Part shown: positions 19,249 through 30,189 of the stretch, piece after piece
Layout of the letters: every line of letters begins with the position of its first letter
Position numbering within the stretch: the first letter of the stretch is position 1
Translations under genes and position numbers: made by a program
NCBI GenBank assembly: GCA_045648665.1
Contig: JAZROL010000008.1
Coordinates: 4,064 to 68,063 of the forward strand
Direction: 5' to 3'
Source of the DNA: Candidatus Enterousia sp.
GTDB lineage: Bacteria > Pseudomonadota > Alphaproteobacteria > Rs-D84
DNA: 64,000 nt
Notes under the pieces: generated by a model
What the model was told of the DNA's origin: nothing
Databases searched by the model: none
The model's input: only the letters and a program-made list of their open reading frames with translations

Positions 19249-19953
19249 ATGTTTGATTTAACGTTTTTGGATTATATATACGTTGGTGTAGTGATTATCT
19301 CCACTATATGGGCGACTGTTCGTGGTGGAATTTATGAAACTATTGCGACTATGTCTTGGGTTGTGGCGGCATTTGCTGCGCGATTCGTATCACCGTATTT
19401 GGATAAGTTATTACAATCATGGTTCAAATTACCAGATTCAACAGTTGGAACTTTGGTTGCATCTTATTTCATAGTGTTTTTTGTGATATTGGTTGTTGTA
19501 GGTATAATTAATCAAAAAATACGTGAACGTATCCAAGACAGTGTTTTATCTGTAACCGACAAAACTTTGGGGGTGATATTTGGAATTATTCGCAGTGTTG
19601 TTGTTATGGGGTTTGTATACTGGGGAATGTTGTGGTATTATTCTGATGTTCCGCGTGGTTTACCAACATGGATTGCGGATGCACGAACCCGTCCTGTAAT
19701 GCAATTAACCGCGGTTAAAATGGATGAATGGTTTTTCTTTGGAAAAAATAAATTGTTGCAACGTGATATGACCGGTGCAAAGGAAGCAAAAGAAATTTAT
19801 AACAACTTGATAAACCCTGTCGTTGAAAAAAAGCAAGATAAACAGAAAAAGAACGAACCAGAAACTGGGTATAAATCTTCCGAACGTGCAGCGCTGGAAA
19901 ATCAGTTGTTGCAAATAGAATCAGTTGCTAATGCGATACAGGAAGAAAAATAA
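19249..19953 (+). CDS. cvpA: CvpA family membrane protein
   Basis: 4-TM N-terminal region with CvpA-like pattern plus a charged C-terminal tail. Confidence 0.6.
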   Translation: MFDLTFLDYIYVGVVIISTIWATVRGGIYETIATMSWVVAAFAARFVSPYLDKLLQSWFKLPDSTVGTLVASYFIVFFVILVVVGIINQKIRERIQDSVLSVTDKTLGVIFGIIRSVVVMGFVYWGMLWYYSDVPRGLPTWIADARTRPVMQLTAVKMDEWFFFGKNKLLQRDMTGAKEAKEIYNNLINPVVEKKQDKQKKNEPETGYKSSERAALENQLLQIESVANAIQEEK

Positions 19954-20021
19954 AATTTAATATTTAAACAGAATAAAGTCCTGTTGAATAACAGGGCTTT
20001 TGTTTTTTATAATTTATATAT

Positions 20022-20448
20022 GCGAAAGATAAAAATATTTACAACTATTTTATTATTGTATGAATTTATAATATTAACAATATTGCAAGTGCCTAATTAT
20101 TGCGCTGGGGTTTTTAATATCAATTTTTGCAACGTTGGTTTCAGGTATTTTTTATTGTGTATTGTGGTGCCGGTATTGGTATGGTTGTTTTTATGGTGGT
20201 TACCGGATATATCAAAAGTCTTTTGTAAAAAATGTGAATGTGATAATTTGGAATCAAAAGAACATTTACACGAAAATAATACAACTGAAAATATGTCAAC
20301 GAAAGCGTTAGAACACTTAATAACAACCGCCATAATCATAGGAATACAAAAATTTGCAAAAAATCATCCACATACACAAAATATATTTAATAATATTTTT
20401 GATGCCTTTACAAAAACGTCTAATAAATCAAAATCTAAAAAGAATTAA
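20022..20448 (+). CDS. hypothetical membrane protein
   Basis: ORF 19984..20448; the first Met lies in the cvpA terminator, so start placed at MRKIKIF. Two TM segments, CKKCEC motif. Confidence 0.3.
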
Positions 20449-20522
20449 AATATTATTTTTTTGTGATTAATCACATAAAAAAAACGCCTGACGGCGATTT
20501 TTTTTTACTAACTAAAATTTCT

Positions 20523-20597
20523 GGTGCCAGTTGTCGGACTTGAACCAACGACCCTCTGATTACAAATCAGATGCTCTACCAACTGAGCTAAACTGGC
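20523..20597 (-). tRNA. tRNA-Thr (anticodon TGT)
   Basis: Reverse complement folds as GCCAGTT...; anticodon stem TCTGA/TCAGA with loop TTTGTAA; T-arm GTTGG-TTCAAGT-CCGAC; CCA encoded. Confidence 0.8.
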
Positions 20598-20662
20598 AAG
20601 GCAGTGCATATATTATAGTTAAATAAGAAAATTTGCAAGTAAAAAATGCAAATATTGTTTTT

Positions 20663-21262
20663 TTATTCAATTTCAAAATCGCGCATATTTTCAATTACCG
20701 TTTGAGCCAGATAAGAATCTTTGGTTTTTTTATATAATAACTGGTAATCTGGTTTTTTATCCATATCGATATCACATATTTTATATAATACTTTCATTAA
20801 TTCGTATCTTGCAAATCCGCATTTTTTTATTTGTGGATTATAACCAATTGCATAAGCGGGTATCCCATTGGTGGAAACTATATATGTTTTGAACCCTTTG
20901 CGCATTTCAAAAGATACGTCTGAATCAATTAATGTTGTTTGATAAAGTTTGTAAACGTCTTTTTTAGTATCGCGGATTATTTTGCGGATTTTATATGAAA
21001 AATCGACCGTTTCAAATATTGTTTGTGGGTTTAAATAAAATACGTTTGTTATGCCGTATTTTCCAAGTTCTTTCGTCAATAAATCATAGGGTTCAAAAGT
21101 GTACTTGCCATCGATTCTATTAAAAACAACATCAAATAATACCCCGTTATCATTATATATAACATAAGCTTCGCCGGTGGCTTCTTCTGCATATTTGATT
21201 TTGGAATATGTCATTATTTCAGAAAATATTTCATAAATTTTTTGATTGCTTGGTTGTGTCAT
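20663..21262 (-). CDS. hypothetical protein
   Basis: 199-aa ORF, no recognisable motif. Confidence 0.4.
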   Translation of the reverse strand: MTQPSNQKIYEIFSEIMTYSKIKYAEEATGEAYVIYNDNGVLFDVVFNRIDGKYTFEPYDLLTKELGKYGITNVFYLNPQTIFETVDFSYKIRKIIRDTKKDVYKLYQTTLIDSDVSFEMRKGFKTYIVSTNGIPAYAIGYNPQIKKCGFARYELMKVLYKICDIDMDKKPDYQLLYKKTKDSYLAQTVIENMRDFEIE

Positions 21263-21379
21263 TTTGTTTTACCTTGTTGATCTGTATTGTTGCACAGAAT
21301 TTTAAATTGTCAATACGTTAAATAACTATATCTTGAATTTCAGTTTTTATCTGGTAAAATCGCGACAAAAGGAATAAGT

Positions 21380-22624
21380 ATGATAAAAAAGCCTGAACTT
21401 TTAGCACCTGGTGGCACTTTGGATGCTTTCAAAACCGCGATTTTATACGGGGCGGATGCGATTTATGCTGGTTTGCCGGGGTTTTCTATGCGCGCGCGTG
21501 CTAAAATCACAGTGGACGAAGTAAAGCAGGGCATAGATTATGCGCATGAACATGGAAAGAAAGTGTATCTGGCCTTTAATTTGTTTGCGCATGATCGCGA
21601 TTATGAAAATATGGGGCGTGTAAGTGAGGTTTTGAATTATCTGCGTCCTGACGCGCTTATTATATCAGATGCAGGCGTTTTAATGTGGGTTCGTGAACAT
21701 CATCCTGATATTCCAATTCATATATCGACCCAGGCTAATATTTGTTCTGCTGCAACCGTCAAATTTTGGCAAAATGTGGGCGCTGTGCAATGTGTTTTGG
21801 CGCGAGAGGTTTCCCACAATGAATTCAAATCTATACGTGAACAATGTCCGGATATCGGTTTGGAAATATTTATACATGGTGCAATGTGTATGTCTTATTC
21901 AGGGCGTTGTTTGTTGTCTAATTATATAACGGGGCGTCCATCAAATCGTGGCGCATGTGCGCAATTATGCCGTTGGAAATACGATGTGATTTTGCGTGAA
22001 AAACAATCCGGTATTGAAATGCCTATTGAAGAAGACGAACGTGGTGCATATATCATGAACAGCAAAGATTTATGTTTGATGCCACGCCTGGCAGAAGTTA
22101 TAGAATCGCAACCAGATACATTGAAAATAGAAGGGCGTAATCGCAGTGAATATTATGTTGGTTCTGTGACACGTGCATATCGTAATGCGATTGATGCATA
22201 TATGCGTGATCCGGAACATTTTGACCCAAAACCTTTTATGGATGATTTAAATTTGTTGGAAACACGTGGATATACAACCGCTTTCTTTGATGGGCCATTG
22301 CCAAGCGATGCGCACGATTATGAAAGTACACATTCAAATTCGAATTATTGTGTTGCGGGTGTTATCACAAATGTTGATAAAGAAAAAATAACTTTTGAAT
22401 TGCGTAATGAAATCAAAGCGGGCGATACCGTGAATTTTCTGTTGCCATATACAATGGATAAAGTGTCGGTTACGACGGATAAAATTATAAATGCCAAAGA
22501 CGGTAACGAATTACCAAAAATGTCTGCAGGGCAGGGCAATTCGCTTTTTATTCCAATTGAAAAAATACCGATACAATATCGTGATAAAATGGTCCCATTA
22601 GTTTTGGCATATAAACATAAATAA
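21380..22624 (+). CDS. peptidase U32 family protein (RlhA/TrhP-like)
   Basis: N-terminal ELLAPGG...AGADAIY motif. Cys cluster HGAMCMSYSGRCLLS characteristic of U32. Confidence 0.8.
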   Translation: MIKKPELLAPGGTLDAFKTAILYGADAIYAGLPGFSMRARAKITVDEVKQGIDYAHEHGKKVYLAFNLFAHDRDYENMGRVSEVLNYLRPDALIISDAGVLMWVREHHPDIPIHISTQANICSAATVKFWQNVGAVQCVLAREVSHNEFKSIREQCPDIGLEIFIHGAMCMSYSGRCLLSNYITGRPSNRGACAQLCRWKYDVILREKQSGIEMPIEEDERGAYIMNSKDLCLMPRLAEVIESQPDTLKIEGRNRSEYYVGSVTRAYRNAIDAYMRDPEHFDPKPFMDDLNLLETRGYTTAFFDGPLPSDAHDYESTHSNSNYCVAGVITNVDKEKITFELRNEIKAGDTVNFLLPYTMDKVSVTTDKIINAKDGNELPKMSAGQGNSLFIPIEKIPIQYRDKMVPLVLAYKHK

Positions 22625-22640
22625 TTTTTTATTAAATAGC

Positions 22641-23216
22641 ATGAACAAAGAAATAGTTTTTAAAAAATTAAATTTGATAACGGGATTGCAAACTATGCAA
22701 ACTGCTTTTGATATCATAAATAAAGAACGAGAAAGGCTTTCTCCTTGGTTTTGGTGGATGTCTAAAGAAATTACACCAAATAAAATTAAATTTTTTATTT
22801 TTATGATATTATATTTAGCTGATACAAAACGCAAAGAAATTACACATAGATTTAATTTCAAAAAATTATATGATGAACAATTTTTAATATTGGTTGATGG
22901 TAAATTCTGTGGAATGACCGGGTTGGATAATATTAGCGATATAAACAAGAATGCAGAAATGTGGCGTTTTATATCAAAAGAAAATGAAGGTATGGGAATT
23001 GGAAGTGCATCTATAAAATTTCTAGAAAATTATTCTTTGGAAGAGAAAAAATTGGAAAAATTGTATGCCAAAATAAATATAGAAAATACACGCAGTATAA
23101 ATTGTGTTCAAAGAAATGGTTTTTTACTAAAATCTATACAATATGGAGTTCGAACATCAAAACATAATCCAAAAATTGCAAATATAACAACCTGGGAAAA
23201 ACAATTGGTCAGATAA
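22641..23216 (+). CDS. GNAT family N-acetyltransferase (RimJ/RimL-like)
   Basis: Acetyl-CoA-binding-like block GMGIGSASIKFLENY. Confidence 0.5.
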   Translation: MNKEIVFKKLNLITGLQTMQTAFDIINKERERLSPWFWWMSKEITPNKIKFFIFMILYLADTKRKEITHRFNFKKLYDEQFLILVDGKFCGMTGLDNISDINKNAEMWRFISKENEGMGIGSASIKFLENYSLEEKKLEKLYAKINIENTRSINCVQRNGFLLKSIQYGVRTSKHNPKIANITTWEKQLVR

Positions 23217-23242
23217 AAAACACCCGCGTTTGCGGGCGTTTT

Positions 23243-25021
23243 TTATTCTGTTTTCTTCATTTCGGGAATTTCAATATAATCATTATACTTAGCTAGGGGT
23301 CTGTCGCCAGTTACGCATACAAAATTAGACAAAGAATCATTGTATTCACGTACTGCGGTGACCCAACGTTCCTGGACCTCAGATGTTGCGCCCATGTATC
23401 CAGACAATCCACCCAAAGCACCGCCAGCCGCAGTTCCAACCAATGTGGCCTTGGTTCGTGCTTGGTTGTTTAAATCAATCAATGCGCCATCGGATGCATC
23501 ACGCGATAATGGTTTAAACTTGTATGTTTTTTCGTCGTCTTGTTTCGTTATTTTATCCCCGACGGTGCCATCGTTGAAACGTTTATAATAACCCAACAAA
23601 GTTGCGCCTTCTATCGGGCTGGTGTTTATAGCTGCATCATTGTTCCAATCTGATATTTCGTATCCAAGCGCTTTAGGTTTCAAATATGAAAACACAGCAT
23701 AAGCAGGGGCTTGTTGGTCAATCAGGTTTGCACTTTCTATTAGGTAGTATGTGTTTTGATCTGCATTTGGATCAAATGATGTTTTTTTGAAAATGACACT
23801 ATTGTCTTCATTATTGTCGTATTCTTGTTTTGCATAAACTGTTGCTTTGGAATATGGATTTTCTGTTTTTTTTGCATGTGGGGCAAAATATACACCACCA
23901 ACTTTGACATTGGTTAATGAAGGGGCTGTTTCACAAGAAAAATTGTTGTTGTTCTTTTTTGTAATCTGTTCTGGTGGATTAGTAGGGCCTGATACAGTAC
24001 ATTTTTGAGTGTCCGAACCATCATGTTTAACAAGATAGTAGACTCCATCGGTATTTGCCACTTCGGGGCCAACAGTTTGTTGTTTTACTGGGATACAGTT
24101 GTATTCTGTGTCGTCAACTTTACATTTAACAGTTGTTAAAATGTCGTCAGAACCAGACATACCCGCAGCCATATTTCCAATCAATGCACCGGCGGTTGCA
24201 TTCACAGCGGTTGATTTTATTGTGTCGCCTGCGACTTTGCCAGAATAAGAACTGGCTGCTTCTATACCAGCTGCGCCTGCTGCACCAGCAGCGGTTGTAA
24301 TTAAACGTGATGTGCCACCACCAAATCCCATATATTCAGTTGAACCAGCTTGTTTTGGCCCCAATAAGTTCCCCGCAGCAGCGCCGATTATCGCAGCCGC
24401 CGCAATTTTTAAGCCTGCATTTTGTTTTTGTTCTTCATTCATAACGGCAACAACGTCTTCCATTGTTGGGGCATTATCAGCCGGAACTGCAACTTTGCCA
24501 TATTTTAAATTATACGAATATGACAATTCAGGAAAAGAATCTACGTTGCATTTCATAGTGTCGCCAGCTGCCAATGTAGCGGTTGCCAGCAGCTCTTTGG
24601 TATTTGCATCCCTTAATTCAACAACGGACACACATTGTTCGGTTGGATTACGACGAACACCAGAATCTGGAACGGCCCATTTGAATACACCACGGGGGTA
24701 AATCATAGAACAAGCATCCAAATCCGCTACCGTCACAGATTCAGATGTGTTATTTAAAATATCTTCCGCTAATTTTTTATTATCAACGGCCACCGGCAAA
24801 TTTTCGGTTGCACTGTTCGTTGTTGCGGTTGTACCCATTGTATTTGCATATTGACCCTGTTGACGCATAGCGTTGACTTGATTATATGCCTCTGCATAAG
24901 TACGATTGTTGCGGATATTAACGCGGGCATCAGCCGGCATATTCGAAACACATGCCAAAATCAAAGAAAATAAAGATATTTTACATATTTTATTTGTCAT
25001 TCTCTCTTTTGTCCCCGCCAA
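23243..25021 (-). CDS. secreted hypothetical protein with Gly/Ala-rich glycine-zipper-like segments
   Basis: Signal peptide; AAAIIGAAAGN and TAAGAAGAAGIEAA tracts; 592 aa. Confidence 0.5.
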   Translation of the reverse strand: MAGTKERMTNKICKISLFSLILACVSNMPADARVNIRNNRTYAEAYNQVNAMRQQGQYANTMGTTATTNSATENLPVAVDNKKLAEDILNNTSESVTVADLDACSMIYPRGVFKWAVPDSGVRRNPTEQCVSVVELRDANTKELLATATLAAGDTMKCNVDSFPELSYSYNLKYGKVAVPADNAPTMEDVVAVMNEEQKQNAGLKIAAAAIIGAAAGNLLGPKQAGSTEYMGFGGGTSRLITTAAGAAGAAGIEAASSYSGKVAGDTIKSTAVNATAGALIGNMAAGMSGSDDILTTVKCKVDDTEYNCIPVKQQTVGPEVANTDGVYYLVKHDGSDTQKCTVSGPTNPPEQITKKNNNNFSCETAPSLTNVKVGGVYFAPHAKKTENPYSKATVYAKQEYDNNEDNSVIFKKTSFDPNADQNTYYLIESANLIDQQAPAYAVFSYLKPKALGYEISDWNNDAAINTSPIEGATLLGYYKRFNDGTVGDKITKQDDEKTYKFKPLSRDASDGALIDLNNQARTKATLVGTAAGGALGGLSGYMGATSEVQERWVTAVREYNDSLSNFVCVTGDRPLAKYNDYIEIPEMKKTE

Positions 25022-25043
25022 ATATCATCGCCACAGGCAATAA

Positions 25044-26207
25044 TTAGAATTCGAGTCTTAAACGAATACCAACATCCATAGCGCTTAATCTGCCACTTTC
25101 AAACCAGTTTGTATAATGGAAAACACTGTCGTAAGGTGCTTCGTATTCATCGCCTGCACCGTCACTAAGCCATTCTGTTTGGGAAACGACGATTGAACCA
25201 GATGTTCTTACTTTACCTAAATTCGCATAACGGATAAAGAAATCCAATTTTAATCCATCGTGCATATCCGTTGTAACACCAGCTTCTAAACTGAACGCCA
25301 ACTGTTCCATTGTGCCACCGTTGTGATATGCGTAAATATCAGATACCGCGGTTAAATAGCCCGGATCTATTGCGCCAGGGCCCGCACCACCGGTTTCATC
25401 ATAGAAGTTATCATCAAAAACAACATAATCAGCAATAGTGTTTAATGCTAAACCAACACCGGCGCCAATATATGGACGTAAAGAACCACCCGCCATATAC
25501 CCAGTAAATGAATCAATATTATAATATACGTTCAACATTGTTGTGTTTGACGTTATTGCACCGCCACTGACCGTTGCATCAACAAAATCGTCGCCAGTTG
25601 AAGTTTGAACGCGATCGGCATACGACATTCCGGAATAACGCAAATAAGAAAAGTCTATGCGGACATCACTGTTAATTGCGGCACCAACGGAAATTTGCAA
25701 AGGAATTATAGTATCTTTTTTGAAATCTGAATCCTGGAACGAGCCTGGTGCCAAAAATGCCTTGTTTTCGCCCGAATAATCAGCAGACATTTTTCCGCCC
25801 AACATGATATTATATCCGGCAGATAATCCAACGTATAAACCACTGTCCGCCAGACGGTCATAATCTGTTGATTGGTAATATTGACGACCAGCATTAGTAG
25901 CGGAAGAACCCACACGCGGCAAAGAACCAGTAATACGATTTGGTTGTGTCGCCGCGACATTTACCATAGGGCGACCGTTTGCAGCAGATGCCGCCGCCAA
26001 CTGATTTGGCATAATATTTGTGCGTTGTGCCGCTTGTTGACTATAAACCGGACGTTGTTGTTGGGTTGGATATTGATTTATAACATAACCCTGGCGCGCC
26101 ATTTGTTGTGGATTGTACACAGGATAATTCGAATACGCCGCACAAGACGCAAAAGGCGACATCGACGCAATTCCCATAAACAGCGCGAAAAAGTTGACTT
26201 TTTTCAT
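25044..26207 (-). CDS. outer-membrane beta-barrel protein
   Basis: Start at MKKVNFFALF (RBS AAAGGA); C-terminal ...IRLRLEF. Confidence 0.6.
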   Translation of the reverse strand: MKKVNFFALFMGIASMSPFASCAAYSNYPVYNPQQMARQGYVINQYPTQQQRPVYSQQAAQRTNIMPNQLAAASAANGRPMVNVAATQPNRITGSLPRVGSSATNAGRQYYQSTDYDRLADSGLYVGLSAGYNIMLGGKMSADYSGENKAFLAPGSFQDSDFKKDTIIPLQISVGAAINSDVRIDFSYLRYSGMSYADRVQTSTGDDFVDATVSGGAITSNTTMLNVYYNIDSFTGYMAGGSLRPYIGAGVGLALNTIADYVVFDDNFYDETGGAGPGAIDPGYLTAVSDIYAYHNGGTMEQLAFSLEAGVTTDMHDGLKLDFFIRYANLGKVRTSGSIVVSQTEWLSDGAGDEYEAPYDSVFHYTNWFESGRLSAMDVGIRLRLEF

Positions 26208-26344
26208 ATTCCTTTCAAATTCCTTTGCCATATTATAACATAAAACCTTGCCCAAGGAAAGTTGAAAATACATTTTGTAGCATAAAAAATTGCACCCGTC
26301 ATGGGGTGCAATTTGTCCAATATAAGTTATTTTGTTTTTGTTGT

Positions 26345-27400
26345 TTAGAATCTTGCATTCAAACGAACGCCCAATTCCATTTTGCAATTAGTCGCATTTT
26401 GGGATTGAGATTGTGTATCATCCATTGTGTATTCAAAGAATGTTGCCAATTGAACATCATCAGTCATTTGATACCCAACAGATGTTTTGATTACATATTC
26501 GTCCCAACCATCTTTCATGTTTTTGGTTGCCGCCAATAAACCATCAATGATGTCTTGTGTAGTTACAGAATATGGTGGTACTGGTATTGGCAGAGATTTG
26601 TTTTGTATTTGGGTATGAATGCCTTTTACGCCATTATCTGAATGTTCTATATATTCAAAACCGGCACCAAATGACCATTTGGTATTCATTTGATACATAA
26701 CATCAAAACCGGCAACCGTTTCATGTGTTGATTTCAAATTAACAGAGATTTCATCTGGAAAACCAAACTGTGCCATTGTATATGGCAATCCTTTTGATGC
26801 AAGTGGTTGCATAGATTGTGCAATGCCAATTTTGTTATTGTGGTTTCCAAATGTTTGCAGGTATTCTGCATGTGCCGCCAATGTCCAATCAGAAATATGT
26901 TTACCAAAACGAACACCACCGATTGCGCCCCAACGACCGTTGGAATAATTTGCAAAGTTAAAACCTTTGTCTGTATATGTGCCCTTCATTGGTGTGATTC
27001 CGGACAAATATGCGTCTGCATATAAATCCAAAATGAAAGGATCGTCTTCAGTCAAAGCGCGGAACATCATACCAATACGACCACGATGCATACCTTTGCG
27101 ATCTATTTCGCCGTCTTTGGTGTATCCGAAATGACCATGAACATCCAATCTGTCTGTGATGCCATAGCCTAAATCACCTGTGAAACGCCATACTGGGAAT
27201 TCTCCGTTTCCATCTGCGTTCTTTTTAATAGTAGCGTCTGTTTTTTCCACTGTTTTATACATAATGGCTGCGCCAGTTTTCAAATACACTTCACGATTCT
27301 TTGGCATGTAAAGTGGATTTTCCATATTTGATGCCGCGAATGCAGAACCCGAAACAACGGTTGCAGTTGCTGCTATCAAACATTTTAAGGATTTTTTCAT
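26345..27400 (-). CDS. outer-membrane beta-barrel protein (porin-like)
   Basis: Signal peptide ending AFA; C-terminal ...GVRLNARF. Confidence 0.6.
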   Translation of the reverse strand: MKKSLKCLIAATATVVSGSAFAASNMENPLYMPKNREVYLKTGAAIMYKTVEKTDATIKKNADGNGEFPVWRFTGDLGYGITDRLDVHGHFGYTKDGEIDRKGMHRGRIGMMFRALTEDDPFILDLYADAYLSGITPMKGTYTDKGFNFANYSNGRWGAIGGVRFGKHISDWTLAAHAEYLQTFGNHNNKIGIAQSMQPLASKGLPYTMAQFGFPDEISVNLKSTHETVAGFDVMYQMNTKWSFGAGFEYIEHSDNGVKGIHTQIQNKSLPIPVPPYSVTTQDIIDGLLAATKNMKDGWDEYVIKTSVGYQMTDDVQLATFFEYTMDDTQSQSQNATNCKMELGVRLNARF

Positions 27401-27643
27401 TCCTTTTTCTCCTTTTTTATTTCATTAAATAACCAACCCCCATTATTGGCAAGATTGGCGTCATACCCACACCACCCATTATTGGCAACAGTATGTTTTG
27501 TGGTATAACGTTTTATATTGTTAAACATTATGTGACATAAGTCAAAACATAAATTAACTTGACAAGTGTCTTGAAAAATGTAAATCAAATCCTATATCAA
27601 TAATGGAGTGGGTGAACAAATCAGAAAACCAAAGGAGTCCGCC

Positions 27644-28213
27644 ATGATGCAGACATTGGATATGAATATCAAAAAAAATGAATTACAACAAAAACAATTC
27701 ATTATGATTGGTGGCACCATTGAAAATCAAAAAAAATTATCACCAGAAGAAATAAAACAAATTAGAAAAAATTACAGAGAAATGTATTACGGTTTGACTT
27801 CGTTAAATTGGTCCAAGGGTATGACTTTGGGAATGGCCTGGCAAAAAGCTTTGGAACAAATAGAAAGTTTTATTGTTGGAAAGACAAAAAAAGCGAATCA
27901 TCCTGTTAATGAATGTTTAATAAAAATACATACCCGTTTCAAAAAAGAAATGTCCAGACACATAATGAATCGTGCCGGAAAAGAATCGGAATCAAAATTA
28001 AGCCCTAGATTGATGAAAATTTTTGCAGAAGACGGAATAAAAATGACGCAAAAGGGCAAGGATGTTTTAAATCAGTTTTATCAAAAATACATGCCACAAC
28101 AAAATATTTCTGATAAACAAAGTGTTCATAAATTTGAAATAGTAAAACAAAAGGCACAACAGTTAATGCAACAAATAATGTTGCAACAAAAAACAATGCA
28201 ACGTGCCGCATAA
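27644..28213 (+). CDS. hypothetical protein, paralog 1 of tandem pair
   Basis: Start at ATG 27644 (RBS AAAGGAG). Shares the block GLTSLNWSKGMTLGMAWQKALEQIESF with the next gene. Confidence 0.5.
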   Translation: MMQTLDMNIKKNELQQKQFIMIGGTIENQKKLSPEEIKQIRKNYREMYYGLTSLNWSKGMTLGMAWQKALEQIESFIVGKTKKANHPVNECLIKIHTRFKKEMSRHIMNRAGKESESKLSPRLMKIFAEDGIKMTQKGKDVLNQFYQKYMPQQNISDKQSVHKFEIVKQKAQQLMQQIMLQQKTMQRAA

Positions 28214-28224
28214 AGGGGATAGTC

Positions 28225-28740
28225 ATGGATTTTGAATTTGAAAAAATAATGGCGAAAATATCTGGTGCAAATACCGAACTGTTTGCCGAAAATGTAATCA
28301 GTATCCAAGATAAAAATCAAATAAATTTTGCTTTGAATCAGATGTTCACAGGTCTGTCGACTTTGGAATGGCTAAGTGGTGGAAAATTAGCGGATGCTTG
28401 GAATGTTGCATTGGATAAGATGCGTGATTTTGTGTTTTCTATACCAGATAAAAATTATGTGACAGATTATTTGCAAATTGCGGTTTTTGAACACAGAAAA
28501 ATAACACGTCGCATAATACAAGACAGTGTTCATGCTCAAGAATTTCTTAATTGCGATGAAACAAAACGTAATGAATTAACAACAATGGCAAAACAAAAAA
28601 TAGACGAAGCGATTCAGATAATAAAGGATATTCTGGCAAAACCAAATTTTGTTAAAACAGTTACCGTTCGTGAAAATAATAAAATGAAAATTAAACAAAA
28701 AGAACGCGAACATGAATACGAACGCGAAAGAACAAAATAA
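28225..28740 (+). CDS. hypothetical protein, paralog 2 of tandem pair
   Basis: Block GLSTLEWLSGGKLADAWNVALDKMRDF homologous to the upstream gene. Confidence 0.5.
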   Translation: MDFEFEKIMAKISGANTELFAENVISIQDKNQINFALNQMFTGLSTLEWLSGGKLADAWNVALDKMRDFVFSIPDKNYVTDYLQIAVFEHRKITRRIIQDSVHAQEFLNCDETKRNELTTMAKQKIDEAIQIIKDILAKPNFVKTVTVRENNKMKIKQKEREHEYERERTK

Positions 28741-28762
28741 AAAATCGCCATCTGGCGATTTT

Positions 28763-30127
28763 TTATTTTTGGTTTATTATTTCTAAGACACGTCTAACAA
28801 TGTCGTCTTTGTTAATTCTTTCTTGTTCCATTGTATCGCGATAACGAATTGTGACGGTACCATCTTCCAAAGTTTGATGGTCAACAGTTATACAAACTGG
28901 TGTTCCAATTTCGTCATGACGACGATAATTTTTACCAATATTCCCAGAATTTTCTAATTCGATTTTTCCAATACCTAATCCGCGTAATTCATCAACGATT
29001 TTATTTGATAAATCTACAATTTCTGGAACGTTGCGAACCAAAGGTATTACGGCGGCCTTTACCGGTGCCAACCAAGGTTTCAATTTTAATACTGTGCGCG
29101 ATTTTCCATCGCCCAGGTCTTCTTCGTCATATGCCTCTATCATAACCGCCAACATTGCACGATTAACCCCCATTGCAGTTTCTATGACGTATGGAACAAA
29201 GTTTTCACCTGTTTGTGCATCGCTGTATGATAATTTAGTTGTGGAATCTGTGTTTTCCATAACGTTAGCAGCCAATTTGAATTCTTTTTGACCTTTGGTA
29301 TGAGAACCTAAATCAAAATCCTGACGATTATGAACGCCTTCGACTTCGTCAAATCCGTCTGGGAAAGCGTATTCTATGTCAACCGCCGCTTTCGCATAGT
29401 GTGCCAATTTCACATGTGGCAAGAAACGTAATTTTTCAGCTGGTATTCCCAACACATTCACCCACCACGCCAGACGTGCTGATTTCCAATATTCAAAATA
29501 TTTTTCATCATCCGCTGGATTAACAAAGTATTGCATTTCCGCCTGTTCGAATTCGCGCATACGGAAAACAAATCCGCGCGGGGAAATTTCATTACGGAAT
29601 GCCTTTCCAATTTGTGCAATTCCAAAAGGTAATTTATGTGGTTTTGAATCCAGAACATTTTTGAAATTAACGTAAGTTGTTGTCGCTGTTTCGGGACGCA
29701 AATATGCATTAATTGCGCCGTCTGCCATTGCGCCAATAGATAATCCCATCATCAATTGATATGCACGTGGTTCTGTTATATCAGTACTGCCGCAGTTATC
29801 GCATTTTGTTGGGTCTTTCATTTTATCCTGACGCATGCGTGCACCGCATTTTTTACATTCGACCAATGGGTCGGAAAAACTGCTTTCGTGGCCTGAATAT
29901 TTCCACATTAAACGATTGGAAATTAATGCTGCATCCAGGCCTTCGATGTCATTACGGGAATAAATCATAGCATTCCACCAAGCATTGCGAATATTGCGCA
30001 TTAATTCGACACCGTATGGACCGTAATCATAGGCACCACCCAATCCGCCATAGATTTCAGAGCCTGTGAAAATAAAACCACGTCTTTTGCAAAGTGCGAC
30101 TATGTCATTAACTGATTTTGCTGGCAT
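28763..30127 (-). CDS. glyQS: glycine--tRNA ligase (alpha2 type)
   Basis: RRGFIFTGSEIYGGLGGAYDYGPYGVELMRNI and class II motifs; 454 aa. Confidence 0.85.
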   Translation of the reverse strand: MPAKSVNDIVALCKRRGFIFTGSEIYGGLGGAYDYGPYGVELMRNIRNAWWNAMIYSRNDIEGLDAALISNRLMWKYSGHESSFSDPLVECKKCGARMRQDKMKDPTKCDNCGSTDITEPRAYQLMMGLSIGAMADGAINAYLRPETATTTYVNFKNVLDSKPHKLPFGIAQIGKAFRNEISPRGFVFRMREFEQAEMQYFVNPADDEKYFEYWKSARLAWWVNVLGIPAEKLRFLPHVKLAHYAKAAVDIEYAFPDGFDEVEGVHNRQDFDLGSHTKGQKEFKLAANVMENTDSTTKLSYSDAQTGENFVPYVIETAMGVNRAMLAVMIEAYDEEDLGDGKSRTVLKLKPWLAPVKAAVIPLVRNVPEIVDLSNKIVDELRGLGIGKIELENSGNIGKNYRRHDEIGTPVCITVDHQTLEDGTVTIRYRDTMEQERINKDDIVRRVLEIINQK

Positions 30128-30189
30128 TTTTTTACCTTTTATTTAAATTCATTGCCAAATATATTAAATCTTTTTTATGTGTTTGCAAC

